Counted from the whole stretch's first letter, positions 1 to 13,012 are shown. The stretch is 63,165 nucleotides of DNA, filler included, from Reticulomyxa filosa (GCA_000512085.1; 21 parts of 21 records of this genome joined end to end with filler, not necessarily neighbours in it), one strand, 5' to 3'. The notes: generated by a model from the sequence alone, not told the origin. Numbers and translations are program-made.

Positions 1-15
1 TTTTTTTTTTTTACC

Positions 16-806
16 TTGAATGGAGTTACGACAATTGACTTTACCAAATGCAGTTTGCGGAGATTGGGACTCGTCGCTAGTACGGTTGGACGGAAGATAT
101 TTGGGTTCAAAGCCGAGCCAAGGGCCGCTTATGCCCCACGAGTACAGCTCACAGTGTTCAGTGCTCCATGCGGCGGAATGTGTTTGCGAACATGCGATGC
201 GATTAATTCTGACCACACCAATGCTGGTATTGTTATCATCTTCATTGTCATTGTCATTGTCATTGTCATTGTCATTGTCATTGTCATTGTCATTGTCATT
301 GTCATTGTCATTGTCATTGTCATTGTCATTGTCATTGTCATTGTCATTGTCATTGTCATTATCATTGTCATTGTCATTTTCATTGTTATTGTTATTGGTG
401 TTACGTAGGCGGGACGAGAGAAAAGACAAGAGTTGGGGCGAGTCGTAATCTTGATCCAAATGGGTCAAGACTCGATATCCCCATCCATACACCATCCCAG
501 TTTTAGATAACGCCAATCCATGCAAGCTGCTGCACGCCACCTGGTCGATATAACACTTGGTCAAGGAGTGCAGCAGGAATGGCGTGGTGCTGGTGACAGT
601 GGCACGGCCCAAGCCAAAGGACGGAGGATATTCCGTTTCTCCCCACACAAACACCCAATTGTTGTTACTTATCCCAAAGCTGTGACTGCCATCTTTCGCA
701 CAACAAATGCTCTGAAAATTCTTATCTGTCAATGTCTTGTGTGCCAATGGATGCGTCCTGCCACTTTCGTCTGCAAACATCTGTAGTTGTTATGTTTCAT
801 GATTCT

Positions 807-858
<52 letters not shown>

Positions 859-2399
859 TTATTATTATTATTATTATAATTTTTTTTCATAAACAAAACA
901 AAAAATAAACTCTTTCGGGGTGCGGAATACCCCATACAAACACTGTGGGACAAGTGTCAGTGATTCGTTTTTTATCCGTCTTGGACTCTTCATCAATGTT
1001 TAGGTTCGGGGTCGATACGGAACTCGTCAGTTTATTGAACGAGAAGCGATCCAATGCTGCCATTGGCGACTCCACCGGATCCGATGCACTGTCAAGATGT
1101 GTCGTTGTGGCCGCACGTGTAAGCATGGTCTTTGGCATGGACGTCAATGGCAGTGTTCGTGTTGATGTTGATATTGATGTTGGTGTTTGTGTTTGTGTTT
1201 GTATTTGTGTTTGTATTGATGTTGATACCGGTGTTGATGGTGGCGTTGCGAAATACGATTCCGTGCTCTTTTTTTTTGTGACAGTGGCTTGGTCATAATG
1301 GCCGAACGTGGCAAAACGTGACACTGGTGGTTGTTTTATTGTCACTGGCGTCTGAGCGGTCGATAGCGACGACATAGCGTTGACGCTGACTTTGGTACTC
1401 TGGCGAGGAGGTGGCGGCGGCAAAGCGCCATGATCGCCCAGTCCAAATGCCACACTACTACTATCGTCGTCATCGTTGGCCTGTTCCAATTCCCATTTGA
1501 ATTCCAAATGCGACGTCAATGGGGTACCTTTCAGGTAAAAGCTACGTACATTTCGCAAATGGTCGACCAGATGTGTTGCCAATGTCTCGTCTTTAAGGCG
1601 AAGCAAGAATACTCGCCCTTGGCAACCAATCTTTCAAAGTAGATTGTATTGTATGTAGTAATAGGTTGATTTGTACGTATACTCGGATTTTTTTTTTTCT
1701 TTTCCCTTTGGCACAAAATAAAAAATAAATAATAATAATAAAAAAAACAAACTTTGTAGACAAAAACCAAACTTGAATGGTAGATCGATGTTTGGGAGAT
1801 AATGAAACAGTGCAATTGAGTTCAAGCAATGATAACACGTTTAATGGGTAAATGGATTTATGTTGGTCAATGTCCCGAAACAGTAATAGACGGTTTTCGC
1901 ATAAAAACATATCTCGATCGGCCCATTGAAATGTCCCTTTTTTTTGACATTTCCAATAATAATCAAAACAATTGCAAACATTTAAAAAGTGTCTATGGTC
2001 TTGTCTTTTGTCCAGTTGTTCCAATTCTATTTTCTGTGTTATATCTTCCTCCTTCGCATTTATTGCAATCAAACACGATATCAGTCGCTGCAATAATGCA
2101 CTCTCTTCTTTACTGTCTAAAAATAAGGAAATACGATACGATCCATTCCATGTACACTTGCATTCTTCTCTCAACAGAATTGTCAAACTGTTCGTCAATG
2201 TAGTGTTACCTAATACCTCTTTCATCATCCAAAAGTTATATTCATAAATCGCTTGCTCTTGTTTCACGAATATTAGTTTCTGTGGCACAATTTTTCTTTT
2301 TTTTTTTATTTTTTTGTGATTTTCTTGACTTTGTTTTGTTTGCTCTCTTTCTCTTTTCTTTTCTTTTTTTAATCTTGGCTCTGTTAAATTGTAATTCAC
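16..2399 (-). CDS. PH domain + RCC1-repeat protein (multi-exon, 3' partial)
   Basis: Exons ~2399/2229-1773, 1630-911 and 780-16. Splicing gives a PH-like domain (KKGTFQWADRDMFLCENRLLLF...STIQ/IGCQGRVFLLRLKDETLATHLVDHLRNVR). RCC1-type repeats follow (VFVWG; IDQVACSSLHGLALSKTGMVYGWG; IACSQTHSAAWSTEHCELYSWG). Introns 1631-1772 and 781-910 are GT-AG. Confidence 0.75.
243..378. repeat. (CATTGT)n hexamer tandem repeat, coding poly-(Asn-Asp) on the minus strand
   Basis: About 22 units, in frame within the RCC1 exon (RNTNNNNNENDNDND...NEDDNNTSIGVVRI). Confidence 0.85.
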
Positions 2400-4590
2400 T
2401 CAACAGATTTGTGCACGTCCACGCACACGACAAACCGGTCCTCCTTCTTCGTCTGCTTCCCTACCGCAGTTAAACTTGCCCCCCAACTAAACAAAAGAGC
2501 TTTGTTGGGAGAAATTATTTTTTTATTCCGCTTCGACATTAGTTTATTTATTTTTGACTTTGACTACCTTTTTTTCTGTCTGAAGTAACAACAGTTGTAA
2601 AACTGAAACCTTGGATCGAGGCTACTGTAACAGTACAATTTAGTTTTTTTTTTGCTTTTTGTTGTCATAGGTTTCATTTCTGTATTTGTCCAAACTAGCA
2701 AAAAAATAATCAATTCAAATAAGTTTCATTTTAATATCTTATTCCATTGGTAATACAATTCATTCAAACTCAAAAAATTAATTCACATAAACATAGAAAA
2801 AAAATCATTATGTTATAATATTTGTTATTTTGATTTGTCTTTTTTTTCTGATTTTTTTTGAAATGTACTGTTGCGCAATTAGATTAAGCTATTTAATCCC
2901 TTTCCAAAAGAAAGAGAATTTTCTATTTATATGTTTGTTTCTTTTAATATGTGGATTTTAGATCAATGATAATGGTGTCTGTCTGTGTATTTGATTTCTT
3001 TTGATTTAGTATGTTTGCTTTTCAATGTTTTTAGCTGTTTCTTCACTAGAGGTCTTTTACTTTCGATTTGTCCTATTGCAAAACAAACACGATTTAAAAT
3101 TAACATATAATTTTAGTTTCATTTCCATGAATTTTGTTATTTATATTTTCATTTTTCTTTTTGGTTTGAATTGCTATACTAAATTGTAATGATGTAACAT
3201 GATATGATTTCAAATATTAACAAATTGATATAATGTAATACAATTTATTCACAAGCTATGCTTTGACATGACAATAATATAATATCGTACACACTGAACA
3301 ACTACTTCTTTCTATTTATATTTATTATCGAAAACTTTTTTTTTTATTATTTTTTTAGAAGAATGGTTATAGGACCCCGCCCCAAAGGGACATAGCTCAA
3401 CCATAAAAAACGTAAATAAATTGAAAAGGTTTTTAAACGGACAAATTATGACATCAAATTGAACACTTTGTCTTTTTTTCTAACTAAAATTTACATAGAA
3501 CTAAAAGATCATTAAAAAATTTTCTAATTCTCAAACAATCTGAACGCAGCGAGGAATTTGTTACAACCTACCACAAACAGCTCGCTTAAGGGAAAGTAAC
3601 GTGATATTTGTCTCAACGGGCTACTATCTCAAAACCTCCAAAAAATTTCATAAAAAAAAAATTCCAAATTAAATTTAGGACAAAAAAGACTTAATAACAT
3701 CTTGGTGCATCTATAATCATTGATAAACTGGTTATGCGAAATTTCTTCTTTTATCGAATTCTTGATTTCATGAAAGATAATGTCTTCTTTACGAATGGTA
3801 AGGTGTTTGCTTGTTGTTAGGAAAGTACAAAAACCTAACATAGTACTATGATGTTGTCAATACTGTTCATCTTCTCAGACACCTAGCTTCTGAAGCTTTG
3901 CATGATAAGATGTGAAAAGGATTTTTTTTTTTTTTTATCGAAAACATAACTTGCATCAATTTTTCTTTTCTACAATTTGCAACTTTCTTGAAACATATAT
4001 AATATTGTTTTTTATAATAGATAATAAAATTTAGTACCATAATTGCTGCAATAATTTACTAATTGATAATTTTATTGTATTAACAACTGTTCGATTGTGC
4101 ACAAGTGATAACATGATTTGAGTAATTGCTTTATCATGCATATTTAGTTTATTTTTGTGTTGTAATGATTTTCAAATAATTTCTAAATTTTCAAGAAATT
4201 TCGTTACAACTTACAAGCGGAAACACTGACGTCGATTTTCAAAATGAACTTAATATATCGAACATGTTGAAGTATACAAACAATTCAAACAAATCTTAAT
4301 TTTTTTCATAAAAGTTTAATGATTATTAAGTGAGCTGGACTGATTTTTTTTTCTTTTTTCGATGTAAACTTACATTAATATAACTATATATTTGTAACCA
4401 TGAATAACAAATGAAGTATAAAAAACTTACAACCAGCATATAAGAAACATGGACCAAAAACGCAAAAAAGAAAGACCAGCGACACATAACGAAAAGTGTT
4501 GTAATAGCATAAAATGATTTATAAATTTGAAAAAAGTACATTTATTGTAAAAAAATAAGAAACAGAAATACAATAAGTGCGATGGTGAAA

Positions 4591-5760
4591 TCAAAGTTTG
4601 TGTGCACCACTCAACGAGCTTAGACTATCATCATCACTAGTTGACTGGTTACCAGCCATTTGAATTTTTTTCTTCACAGAAGCATTTGCCTCTGTATGTT
4701 TGGACTCTTTTATATTGGTACGAGATACCTTCGGTTTAAGTTCACGAGGAGATGTTTGTTTGGTTGAAGACAAGCTCATCTCCAAGTCTTCAGAGACAAT
4801 ATTGGATGGAAATACGTGCGTCATTTCTCCGATCTGATTATTGTGTATGTGTATATTGGGAGTTGCAGCCGTGAGCTTTGGATCAGTACCATGATGAAAA
4901 TTGAGTGGCATAGCATTGGAACTGGCGTCTATTTTTTATATATTAACTCATTTGTTTACAAGGATAGATGTGCAATTTCTTACAAGAAAAAAAATACAAA
5001 TGAACTTACAAGCAAAGGTCATCTCGGTGAATTGTTGCGGCATTGTGGATACTGGAAAGTGTTGTTCATGTGGAGACAAATAATGCCTACTGATTGTGAC
5101 TGGGCTACTCACTCCCGAATTTTCACTCATCGACATTGGATTGATTGCATTAGGAGTTTGAACAGGTTGCATCAATTGTGCTTGTGCCAAGTTCCATCCT
5201 TGCCATTGTTGTGGGACGGTCATGGTCATGTCCAAGTTGATCGAACCTGTTGGATACGATTGCAAACGGTGGCCGGACATTCCAATGTTGGCATTACTAC
5301 CATCGGTATTGCCAAAAGGAAGCGAGGGAGGCGGAGGAAAAGACATCAGCGCTTGATTCGGCTGAGCAAACAAAGGTCCAGGCGAATTGGAATGGGGATA
5401 TGAGTGTGTGATGCATGTAGCTTCGGACGTAGCGCTCGTGCGACGTTCTTGAGTGTTGGCAGGAACTTTTGGAGAAGGTTGAATTTCTGCATCGTGCACA
5501 TGTATTTCGTTGAAAGGTGTCATTTATGTGAGAGACACAAAAAAAAAAGAGGATGACTTACCTGGTGCTTCATTGTCACACGAGTCGTCGGATGGCAAAT
5601 TGGTGACTTGGCGATAGTCATGTTTCGGTGAACGCAATTGCGAGGGATTCTTGTGTGGCAACTGGAAAAGTCGTGTTTTTTTCGTGCTCGATTTCGACTG
5701 TGATTGGGTAGGTGAATGTAATTGGACCGATTTTCGACTCTCTTTGTTTTTGTTTTTGCT
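4591..5760 (-). CDS. Hypothetical low-complexity Ser/Pro/Gln-rich protein (multi-exon, 5' partial)
   Basis: GC-enriched ORF segments 4591-4911 and 4948-5523 are separated by short T/A-rich intron-like gaps. No domain recognised. Confidence 0.5.
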
Positions 5761-5840
5761 TTTGCTATCTTTTTTTTTTTTGTCTGGTTATTGAAATCAG
5801 AATGGGAGCATCAAGACAAAAAAAAAAAAAAAGGGGAGGA

Positions 5841-5871
<31 letters not shown>

Positions 5872-5971
5872 NNNNNNNNNNNNNNNNNNNNNNNNNNNNN
5901 NNNNNNNNNNNNNNNTTAATTAATTAANNNNNNNNNNNNNNNNNNNNNNNNNNNNNNNNNNNNNNNNNNNN
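5872..5971. other. Artificial contig-joining spacer (N44-TTAATTAATTAA-N44), first of 20
   Basis: Identical 100-bp linker with stops in all frames. Others start at about 7320, 9018, 13013, 14309, 18595, 21091, 22836, 32106, 33223, 34354, 36002, 37803, 39040, 40207, 49746, 51461, 56689, 58311 and 61616. Confidence 0.98.
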
Positions 5972-5972
5972 T

Positions 5973-7293
5973 GATGATGACGGCAGTAATGATGATGATG
6001 ATGACGGCAGTAGTGATGATGGTGATGACAGTGATGGGGATGATGATAATACTAATAACAGTAATGGGGATGATGGTAATTTTGATGATGGGGATGACAG
6101 TAATGCTAATGACGGTGATGATGATGATGACATTGACGACAGTGACAATAATGAAGAAAATAATGATGACAAAAAAAAAAAAGAAGAAGTAAAAGAAAAA
6201 GACGATAATAAAAATTATGCACATGTGCATCGAGTAACTGTCTTTGAAACTTTGGCTCCTTTGCCTACTCCGCTCAAAGATACCCAATGCATAGCATATA
6301 AAAACGAAATAATCATGTGTGGAGGTAGAAATAATCGAAATTGCTATTCTTATCATACAATCAAAAATAAATATAAGCTTATATGTGAGTATCCATTTAA
6401 AGAAAGTGGGCATTGTGTGGTGAAGCTTGTTAATAATGACAACTGCAAAAACGCAAATGAAATGACTTTGCTGTCTTTTGGTGGATATCCTAAACATACA
6501 TTGGTGATGAAATATATAAGCGTTTGGAAAAATGAGGATAGGCAGAAGCAATCATTAATAGATTACAATATATGGAAACCTCTAATGGATAGCCATAATA
6601 ATGAAATTTCCATTGGAAAAAAAGAAGATGATTATTACAAAGTACGTGCAGTGATTGGTGGACGCAATCGTAATTTGTTATTTATTACTCATTTCAAAAA
6701 TTACATTGACGTGTTTGATTTAAATACATTTCAATTTATTAAACACGATACTTTACCAAGTGATTGTATACACTCTCAATGCTTTGTATCCAAATCAGAA
6801 AATATGATGTTGCTATTTTGTTGGAAACTGGGATTATCTATTGAATATGATGAAATTAATAATACATTTCAGTATCAAGAATTACACGTAAGCAAAAATA
6901 TTGGAACACTTTGTGCATATGTATACACTTATATCAACGATCTCATTTTATTTTTTGGTGGTAAATATGGAGGATTTGCAAATGAAATTTATCAATATTC
7001 AATTATCGACAACCAATGGTCAAAATTTAAAAAAAGATTACCTCTTACATTGAAAAATTGTGTTGGAATATTGAATGATGACAACAAATTTATACATGTC
7101 GTTGGGATATATAAGGACACAGACACGTATATCGGCCATCTTTTAAATCAAGCTATCCCAAAACATATAAAAATAAGCACAAGTGAGTTATTGGAAAATA
7201 AAAAACAGTGGATTATGGAAAAAGAGTTGCTACAAATTGAACAACTATATCATGAATTTGAAGATATGGACAAAATTGATATTTCATTTAAAG
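5973..7293 (+). CDS. Kelch-type beta-propeller protein with Asp-rich N-terminal tract (partial)
   Basis: Frame is open from the contig start (DDDGSNDDD...) into FETLAPLPTPL..QCIAYKNEIIMCGG...CYSYHTIKNKY, with LLSFGG, RAVIGG and ILFFGG kelch blades. Confidence 0.8.
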
Positions 7294-7440
7294 TTATAGG
7301 TTTATTTTGTGCATTCACANNNNNNNNNNNNNNNNNNNNNNNNNNNNNNNNNNNNNNNNNNNNTTAATTAATTAANNNNNNNNNNNNNNNNNNNNNNNNN
7401 NNNNNNNNNNNNNNNNNNNATAATTTTTTATTTTTTAAAG

Positions 7441-8600
7441 GTCTGACGTCTTGTCAAAAATTACAACTTTTTTAAAAAAGGACCCTGACAGCGGAGAGAA
7501 GCCAACTTGATGAACGTCGATAAAGTTTGCAATCTGTCTTTAAAGTCAAGATCCTTCAAAGTAGATTTGAAGAAAAAAAGGATACTCGAAAAGAAAGACA
7601 TGGCGCCACAATTGCGACCAGTGGCGGAAACACTACAGCGACAGTTGTGTGCGTCAAGACCGCAGAATACTCCAAGCGAAGAGGTATCTTGAAACTAATG
7701 GAAGAGCCAATGACAACGATAACGGGTTCTGAAAATTTTGCGTAGTCAGACAAACAGAGTGAAGACGACATTGTGACAAAAGAGACACCACAAACCGGCC
7801 TCTTTGCATATCTTTTCAAACAAATTTGTGAACAAAGTCACATTGGACCAAATTGGCAAAAAGCTATTCCGCCACTTACAATCGTCGACTTGGGACTTTG
7901 ACAACGGCCATATTTGTAGACAACAATGACGTGAACCAACCGTCGATGATCTTGCAAGTGCAAGCTCGTACAAGAACTCACTATGATGACGCATACTATT
8001 CGACTACTCGTGACTATGTCATCGGTGATGAATTGAATTGACTAATAATAGAACAGGTGTTTTTTTTAACATGCACATGTATATACGTGTATATAATATG
8101 CATGCCCTTTTTTTTTTCTTCCAGTTTTCATTTGTTGAATTGCGAATCGATTTTTTTTGATAGCTTAAAAAAAAAAAAAAAAACAATCTGTTGACTTTTT
8201 GCAGGTGTAATCAAATACATTGAAAAAATCTATTTTGGGGAATTCAACATGAAAGACCACAATGGCAACAAGGCATGGCCCTCTTTGGCACTAAAGTAGT
8301 TGTTTGTCACAAGGGAGACAATTGTGAAACGACGACCACAATGAAGAAGTATTTTTGAGGTGTGCAGCTTAAAGACAAAACCACAGGTCAGTCTAAGCTT
8401 TTTCTTTTCATCTAAACATTTTATCAGCTTTAAGTGCTCCAAATTTGGTTATATCCAAAAAAAAAAAAAATATATATATACATATATATAAATATATTGA
8501 TGTATCCATATTGGACAAGCCAACATGTTAGATGTGCCGATTGTAGGATTGAGTCTATTGCAAATGGTGGCGATGGAAGTATTTGGAGAAACAAAGGTAC
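7441..8600 (+). pseudogene. Degraded gene with a CAP-Gly-like segment
   Basis: Reading has several in-frame stops and frameshifts. YVIGDEL..NNRT/GVIKYIEKIYFGE...DHNG...FV, across the intron at 8057-8204, resembles a CAP-Gly domain. Confidence 0.35.
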
Positions 8601-9117
8601 AAACACTAAAAAAATTTTGTTTTGTTTTGAAAAAAAAGAGAATAGAAATGTCAATATAGGATTTATTGAAAAGATAATCTCATTTGATGACTGAATGAAA
8701 AAAAAGATACTTTGAATGCAAACCGTGACAATAATGAAAATGCGCGCGTGCACAGAAGTGTCGAGCGACAAACAGCCCGAAACAATCTCAAAAGACCTGG
8801 AAATAAAAACCTTCTGCCGAATTTCAGCCAATGGATAGATCGAGCGTGTGATCATTATCCGATGACAAAAATGTGCAAGACGACGAGTTTGAACTGAATC
8901 GTCAGTTTACCGTCATCAGCAAAGATTGAGAAAAAGTTAAATCAGAACTAGTTGTTGATGTGGGCAGCATTAGCATTATCGCGTTGAAGAAGGAGTTGAG
9001 ATCTTATTATTTTTTTTNNNNNNNNNNNNNNNNNNNNNNNNNNNNNNNNNNNNNNNNNNNNTTAATTAATTAANNNNNNNNNNNNNNNNNNNNNNNNNNN
9101 NNNNNNNNNNNNNNNNN

Positions 9118-9291
9118 TTGTGAGGTTCTTTCTTTTGTCTTGTTTTTCTTTTCTTTTGAGTACTGTGTTCTACTTCTTAGAACGAGGTGCTCTTTTAACT
9201 TGAAAGACCTGAATTTGTGCAGGTAGAGGTGGCAAAAAGAAGAGTAGTCCGACGCTTGACACGCCCCCACTGCAACCCATCTAAAAAAAAA
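9118..9291 (+). mobile_element. 3' end (UTR + poly-A) of a non-LTR retrotransposon
   Basis: Ends in CTTGACACGCCCCCACTGCAACCCATCT(A)n. The same terminus occurs at ~11035-11073 (+) and 12721-12765 (-). Confidence 0.75.
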
Positions 9292-9619
9292 TTTTTTACC
9301 AAAGTAGTATGTTTTTGATTATATTAAATATTTTTTTTGCTTTTGGTTATACTTCCTTTTGGTTTTAATGATGAATGCACGAAACCTGCAAGTGTTTCGT
9401 TGATTACTTTGTAAGGCATTGTAATTTTATTACTTTATTCCGTGCGAGTGAGGTGCTTGGTTACAATATTTTTTCCTTTTTGGAATTTCAATATTAAAAA
9501 AAAAACAAAAAAAAAAGTTATATAAATTCTGTAAGTGATTTCTTGATGTCCTTCTGTTTGTCTCCGACGGAAACACTCCTGAAGACAGACATGTAGTTGA
9601 ACTACATGGAGATTCTGCT

Positions 9620-11073
9620 CCAGCAGTGGGTTGGAAATCGATCAAGAGATGAAATCAACATTACGAATACCAATATGCGATCAGCAGTCTATTAGAGATT
9701 TACTCTATTATGAATCGTATTTGTCCTGATCAAAATAAACCGTTATTGTTCTGAAAATTTGTAGTTTCGAGCAAGAATTACAATATCCTATGAAAATCAC
9801 TGAATATATTGTCATTGGAATGCGCATCATCTTGCATAATATCGATGATGTGGGTGAATTTATTCTTGATTTCATTGTATCCAATGGATTACATATTATC
9901 AATACATTGCCATTTGACTGCACGTTCATGAAAGATAATGCGACATCAAGCATAGATGTGTTCATTAGTAATTGGAGGACGGATGATATTGAATTGGATG
10001 TGCATTCAAAACCACGTGGTCTTCACCAGAAATTGAACGACAAAAGATTGAGACTTGGAATCTGAGAAGCAACAAATGGAATAATTTAGATTGAGATTGA
10101 AAAGGAATATTGATAATTGGATGAAATCTATTGACCCAGTTGTATCAGAGATCTTTGGACAAAGCAGTCGAATCTTGCAGCAAATGCGACAATTGGTATC
10201 AAAACCAATGGATTGAGATATAAAATGAGAAATGAACTTAAATTAAATGGATTATATTGTTTCTTAATTCCTACAGACGCGTTCCAAGCATCTATGGCAA
10301 AGCAGCGAGGAAACTTATGTTCATATAAAGGTGTCAGACCAAGTCTATTATACAAGACCATTATCCATCCGAGCATCAAGTATGTATCGGTATTTTGGAA
10401 TGGTGCAACAGACACTCATAAGAAACGATTGAAAGGATACAAAGGATTGCAATGTGTAGAATTCTTGGAGTAATGAAGTTGTATCACAATGCATCAGATG
10501 GTTATAATCTTGTGTTGGTATACAAGATTTGGAATGAATTAAGACCAAAGACCCATTTAAATTATTATCGACATTATCCCGTGGATGCAATGAAGCTGGC
10601 CTCAATCAAATAAATCACCATTTGCGATTTTCAATGAACCAACATCAGATGAAATTTTGTATTTTGATTGCTTTTTGTGGTGGAAGTACATTGCGAAGGT
10701 ATTGATATTCCAATGCCATGATATTTTCTAACTAACCTGATGGAGGCTCAATCATTTGAAAAGGTTGTGCATTCATTTTGATTACTGGAAAAGTTGGATC
10801 AAATGATCAGATTCTCCTAGTTGTATTTGGTGTGAGGAAGACGTTGAGCATTTCTGATGGAATGCTTGTAGTACATTGAATTACGTCGCAGTTGATGGAC
10901 AAATATCCAAGAATTGCTAGGATTAGCAGCTAAGTTCGTAGTCGATAACAAGAGAAAAATTTGAAAATTTAAATTGAAACAACTTTATCATTTTCTTTTG
11001 ATTATTTTGCGCAGGTAGAGATATTAGCCCAACACTTGACACGCTCTCACTGTAACCAATCTTAAAAAAAAAA
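9620..11073 (+). mobile_element. Degraded, internally deleted LINE ORF2 + 3' end
   Basis: AP-endonuclease C-terminus (FIVSNGLHIINTLPFDCTFMKDNATSSIDVF). RT-thumb segment (LLYKTIIHPSIKYVSVFW). C-terminal Zn knuckle (SPSCIWCEEDVEHF...C). Then the conserved 3' UTR and poly-A. Many stops. Confidence 0.8.
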
Positions 11074-11759
11074 GCTCCAGCAGTTGGACCTTTTCTTGAT
11101 TCAGTTGATGTTGTTCAACGATAATTGCTGAGCTGTTGATTTGATCCATTTGATCATTTCTGTTCTGTGTAAGAGTATCCAGTTTCATTTTTCTTTGCTG
11201 GCCAATTGATATATTTTTTTGTTGTGAATCCTTGTTTTTTGGATAACATGACACATTGAGTCACTTGGATGGTTTCCTTTGCATAACGTTTAATCCTTCT
11301 TCCACCATACATATTTCTGCTCTTGTGCAAACTTTTGCGAAATGAAATATTTCTTGCACTGAAAGAGATTGCGGTTGGAAGTGTCACTTCGACATTTCTT
11401 AAGTTTTGAAAGTCAAGTAAGGATTTCAAATGAGAAAATTCTAACTAGACCCAGTAAAAATTTTTTAGTGATTTTATGAGATTGTGGCTGGAGTGTGATT
11501 TTAAACATTTTGTTATCCTTGGGCAACGTTTTTTTGTTACAGTTTATTTTTGGGGTTTTCAGCATCTAATGTGACTGTGAGAGGTGGAAGTGCTTTTAAA
11601 CTTACCGTGTATCTTGACCTCAGTTGCTTTCGTGTACCGTGGTGTTAACTGAGATAGGGCGACTTGTGTGAGATGGTATCAATCCTTAAGAGTGCTCGAC
11701 GCTTTCGGTAAATTAGCATTCTCGAGGCAAATACCCGCCACCGATCCAAAGACATTCGC

Positions 11760-12480
11760 TGCTGAAAAGAAAAAGCGTGAAGAAGCATTGACTAATCCTG
11801 AAATGAATATATATGTCCTGCTTCGAGGAGTATCAACTCGCGAAAGCGATTGCAAAATCAAGGAGACATTGGAAAGTTATGGATATCAAATACAAGAGTA
11901 AAACTGTTCCATAAAATGCCAATTGTCAAAATGCTTCTACCCAAGACTGAAGATGTTGTCAAAATATTGAAAGACAATGGAACCATTCAACAAAGCCAAA
12001 ATCGCGTTTCAAGCAATGCATGTCATGAAGCGACACAACGCCAACACAAATGTGTACTATGTCGAAAGCAGCGCCAATGTGATGTGATTCGCAAAGCAAG
12101 AGAAAAAGGCATCTTAACACATTCCAATTAAATCAAATGTGCAAAAAATTATTCTTATACTGATGCTGCCAAAGGACAATGGCCAAATGAAAATGAAAAA
12201 ACTAAAGAAAAGGACCAATAGAAAGAATAATAAAGATCAAATGCTGCAGAACAAGAAATCTAATGATGATGAAATCTCGCTGATAAGACGTGAATTAGCA
12301 GATATTAAGTCAGCGTTCCAGTAATTAAAATCCTTACTGCGACGTTAATGCAGATGGGGATTGGAAATCGATCAAGAAATGAAATCAACATTGCGAATGC
12401 AAGCAGTCTATTGGTGTTTCAGGACAACATCAACGGATTTATTCCAAGGCCCAAACATTAGATTCTATTTTTCTGTGAAA
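11760..12480 (+). mobile_element. Degraded LINE ORF1 (gag-like) and ORF1/ORF2 junction
   Basis: VLLRGVSTRESDCKIKETLESYGY...KMPIVKMLL (RRM-like) and CH....HKCVLC knuckle remnants. 12361-12412 repeats 9631-9692 (TTGGAAATCGATCAAGA.ATGAAATCAACATT). Confidence 0.65.
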
Positions 12481-12720
12481 AATGGATTCAATCCATGGAA
12501 ATTTAGTAATTTTTTCCTTCTTTGGTTTTTACACTGATATAACAGACATCAATTCTGAAGTTTATTGTGAATTAAAGAAAAAGAAATTGAAAATACATAC
12601 GTTTTCTCAAACATGGAAAACGTTGTTTATGCATTTCCATAACCAAGTAAAGATGAATCAATTGAAGATCAATTCAATGCAAGGATCCCAAGAGACAAGA
12701 GACAACGAAAAACAAGTCGT

Positions 12721-13012
12721 TTTTTTTTTTTAGATGGGTTGCAGTGGGGGCGTGTCAAGTGTCGGACTACTCTCTCGCTTCATCCTCAACTCGTGCTGCT
12801 TTTTGAACTATCTACCTGCATAAACTCAGGTCTTTCTAGTTAAAAGAGTACCCAAAAAAGAAACACAAAAATAAAAGAAAGACACAAAATCTTACAACGA
12901 CCAAAAAGATCAACGCAAAAATAATCAAAAGAAAAAAAAAAAGTATTTCAATTTAAATTGAGATTTAATTGAAGAAACTTGACAATTATTCAAATCCTTC
13001 TCTTGGTATCGA
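12721..13012 (-). mobile_element. Inverted 3' end of the same LINE family
   Basis: Reverse complement matches 10940-11073 and 9180-9291, including AATTTAAATTGAAA, GCAGGTAGA and the terminal motif plus poly-A. Confidence 0.8.

Noticed and set aside
16-448. Plus-strand ORFs with (IV)n or (LS)n and a minus-strand (MT)n ORF
   Set aside because: Alternative readings of the (CATTGT)n repeat. The real frame is the minus-strand RCC1 exon.
5974-6192. Poly-Met ORF
   Set aside because: Out-of-frame reading of the (GAT)n poly-Asp tract of the Kelch gene.
7441-8400. In-frame TAA/TAG/TGA as evidence of stop-codon reassignment
   Set aside because: Conserved genes here have clean frames and end in standard stops. 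The interrupted regions also carry frameshifts, so they are pseudogenes.
9118-12890. Inverted repeats near both contig ends, suggesting a TIR DNA transposon
   Set aside because: They are poly-A-tailed LINE 3' ends in opposite orientation, a third copy lies internally, and no transposase is seen.
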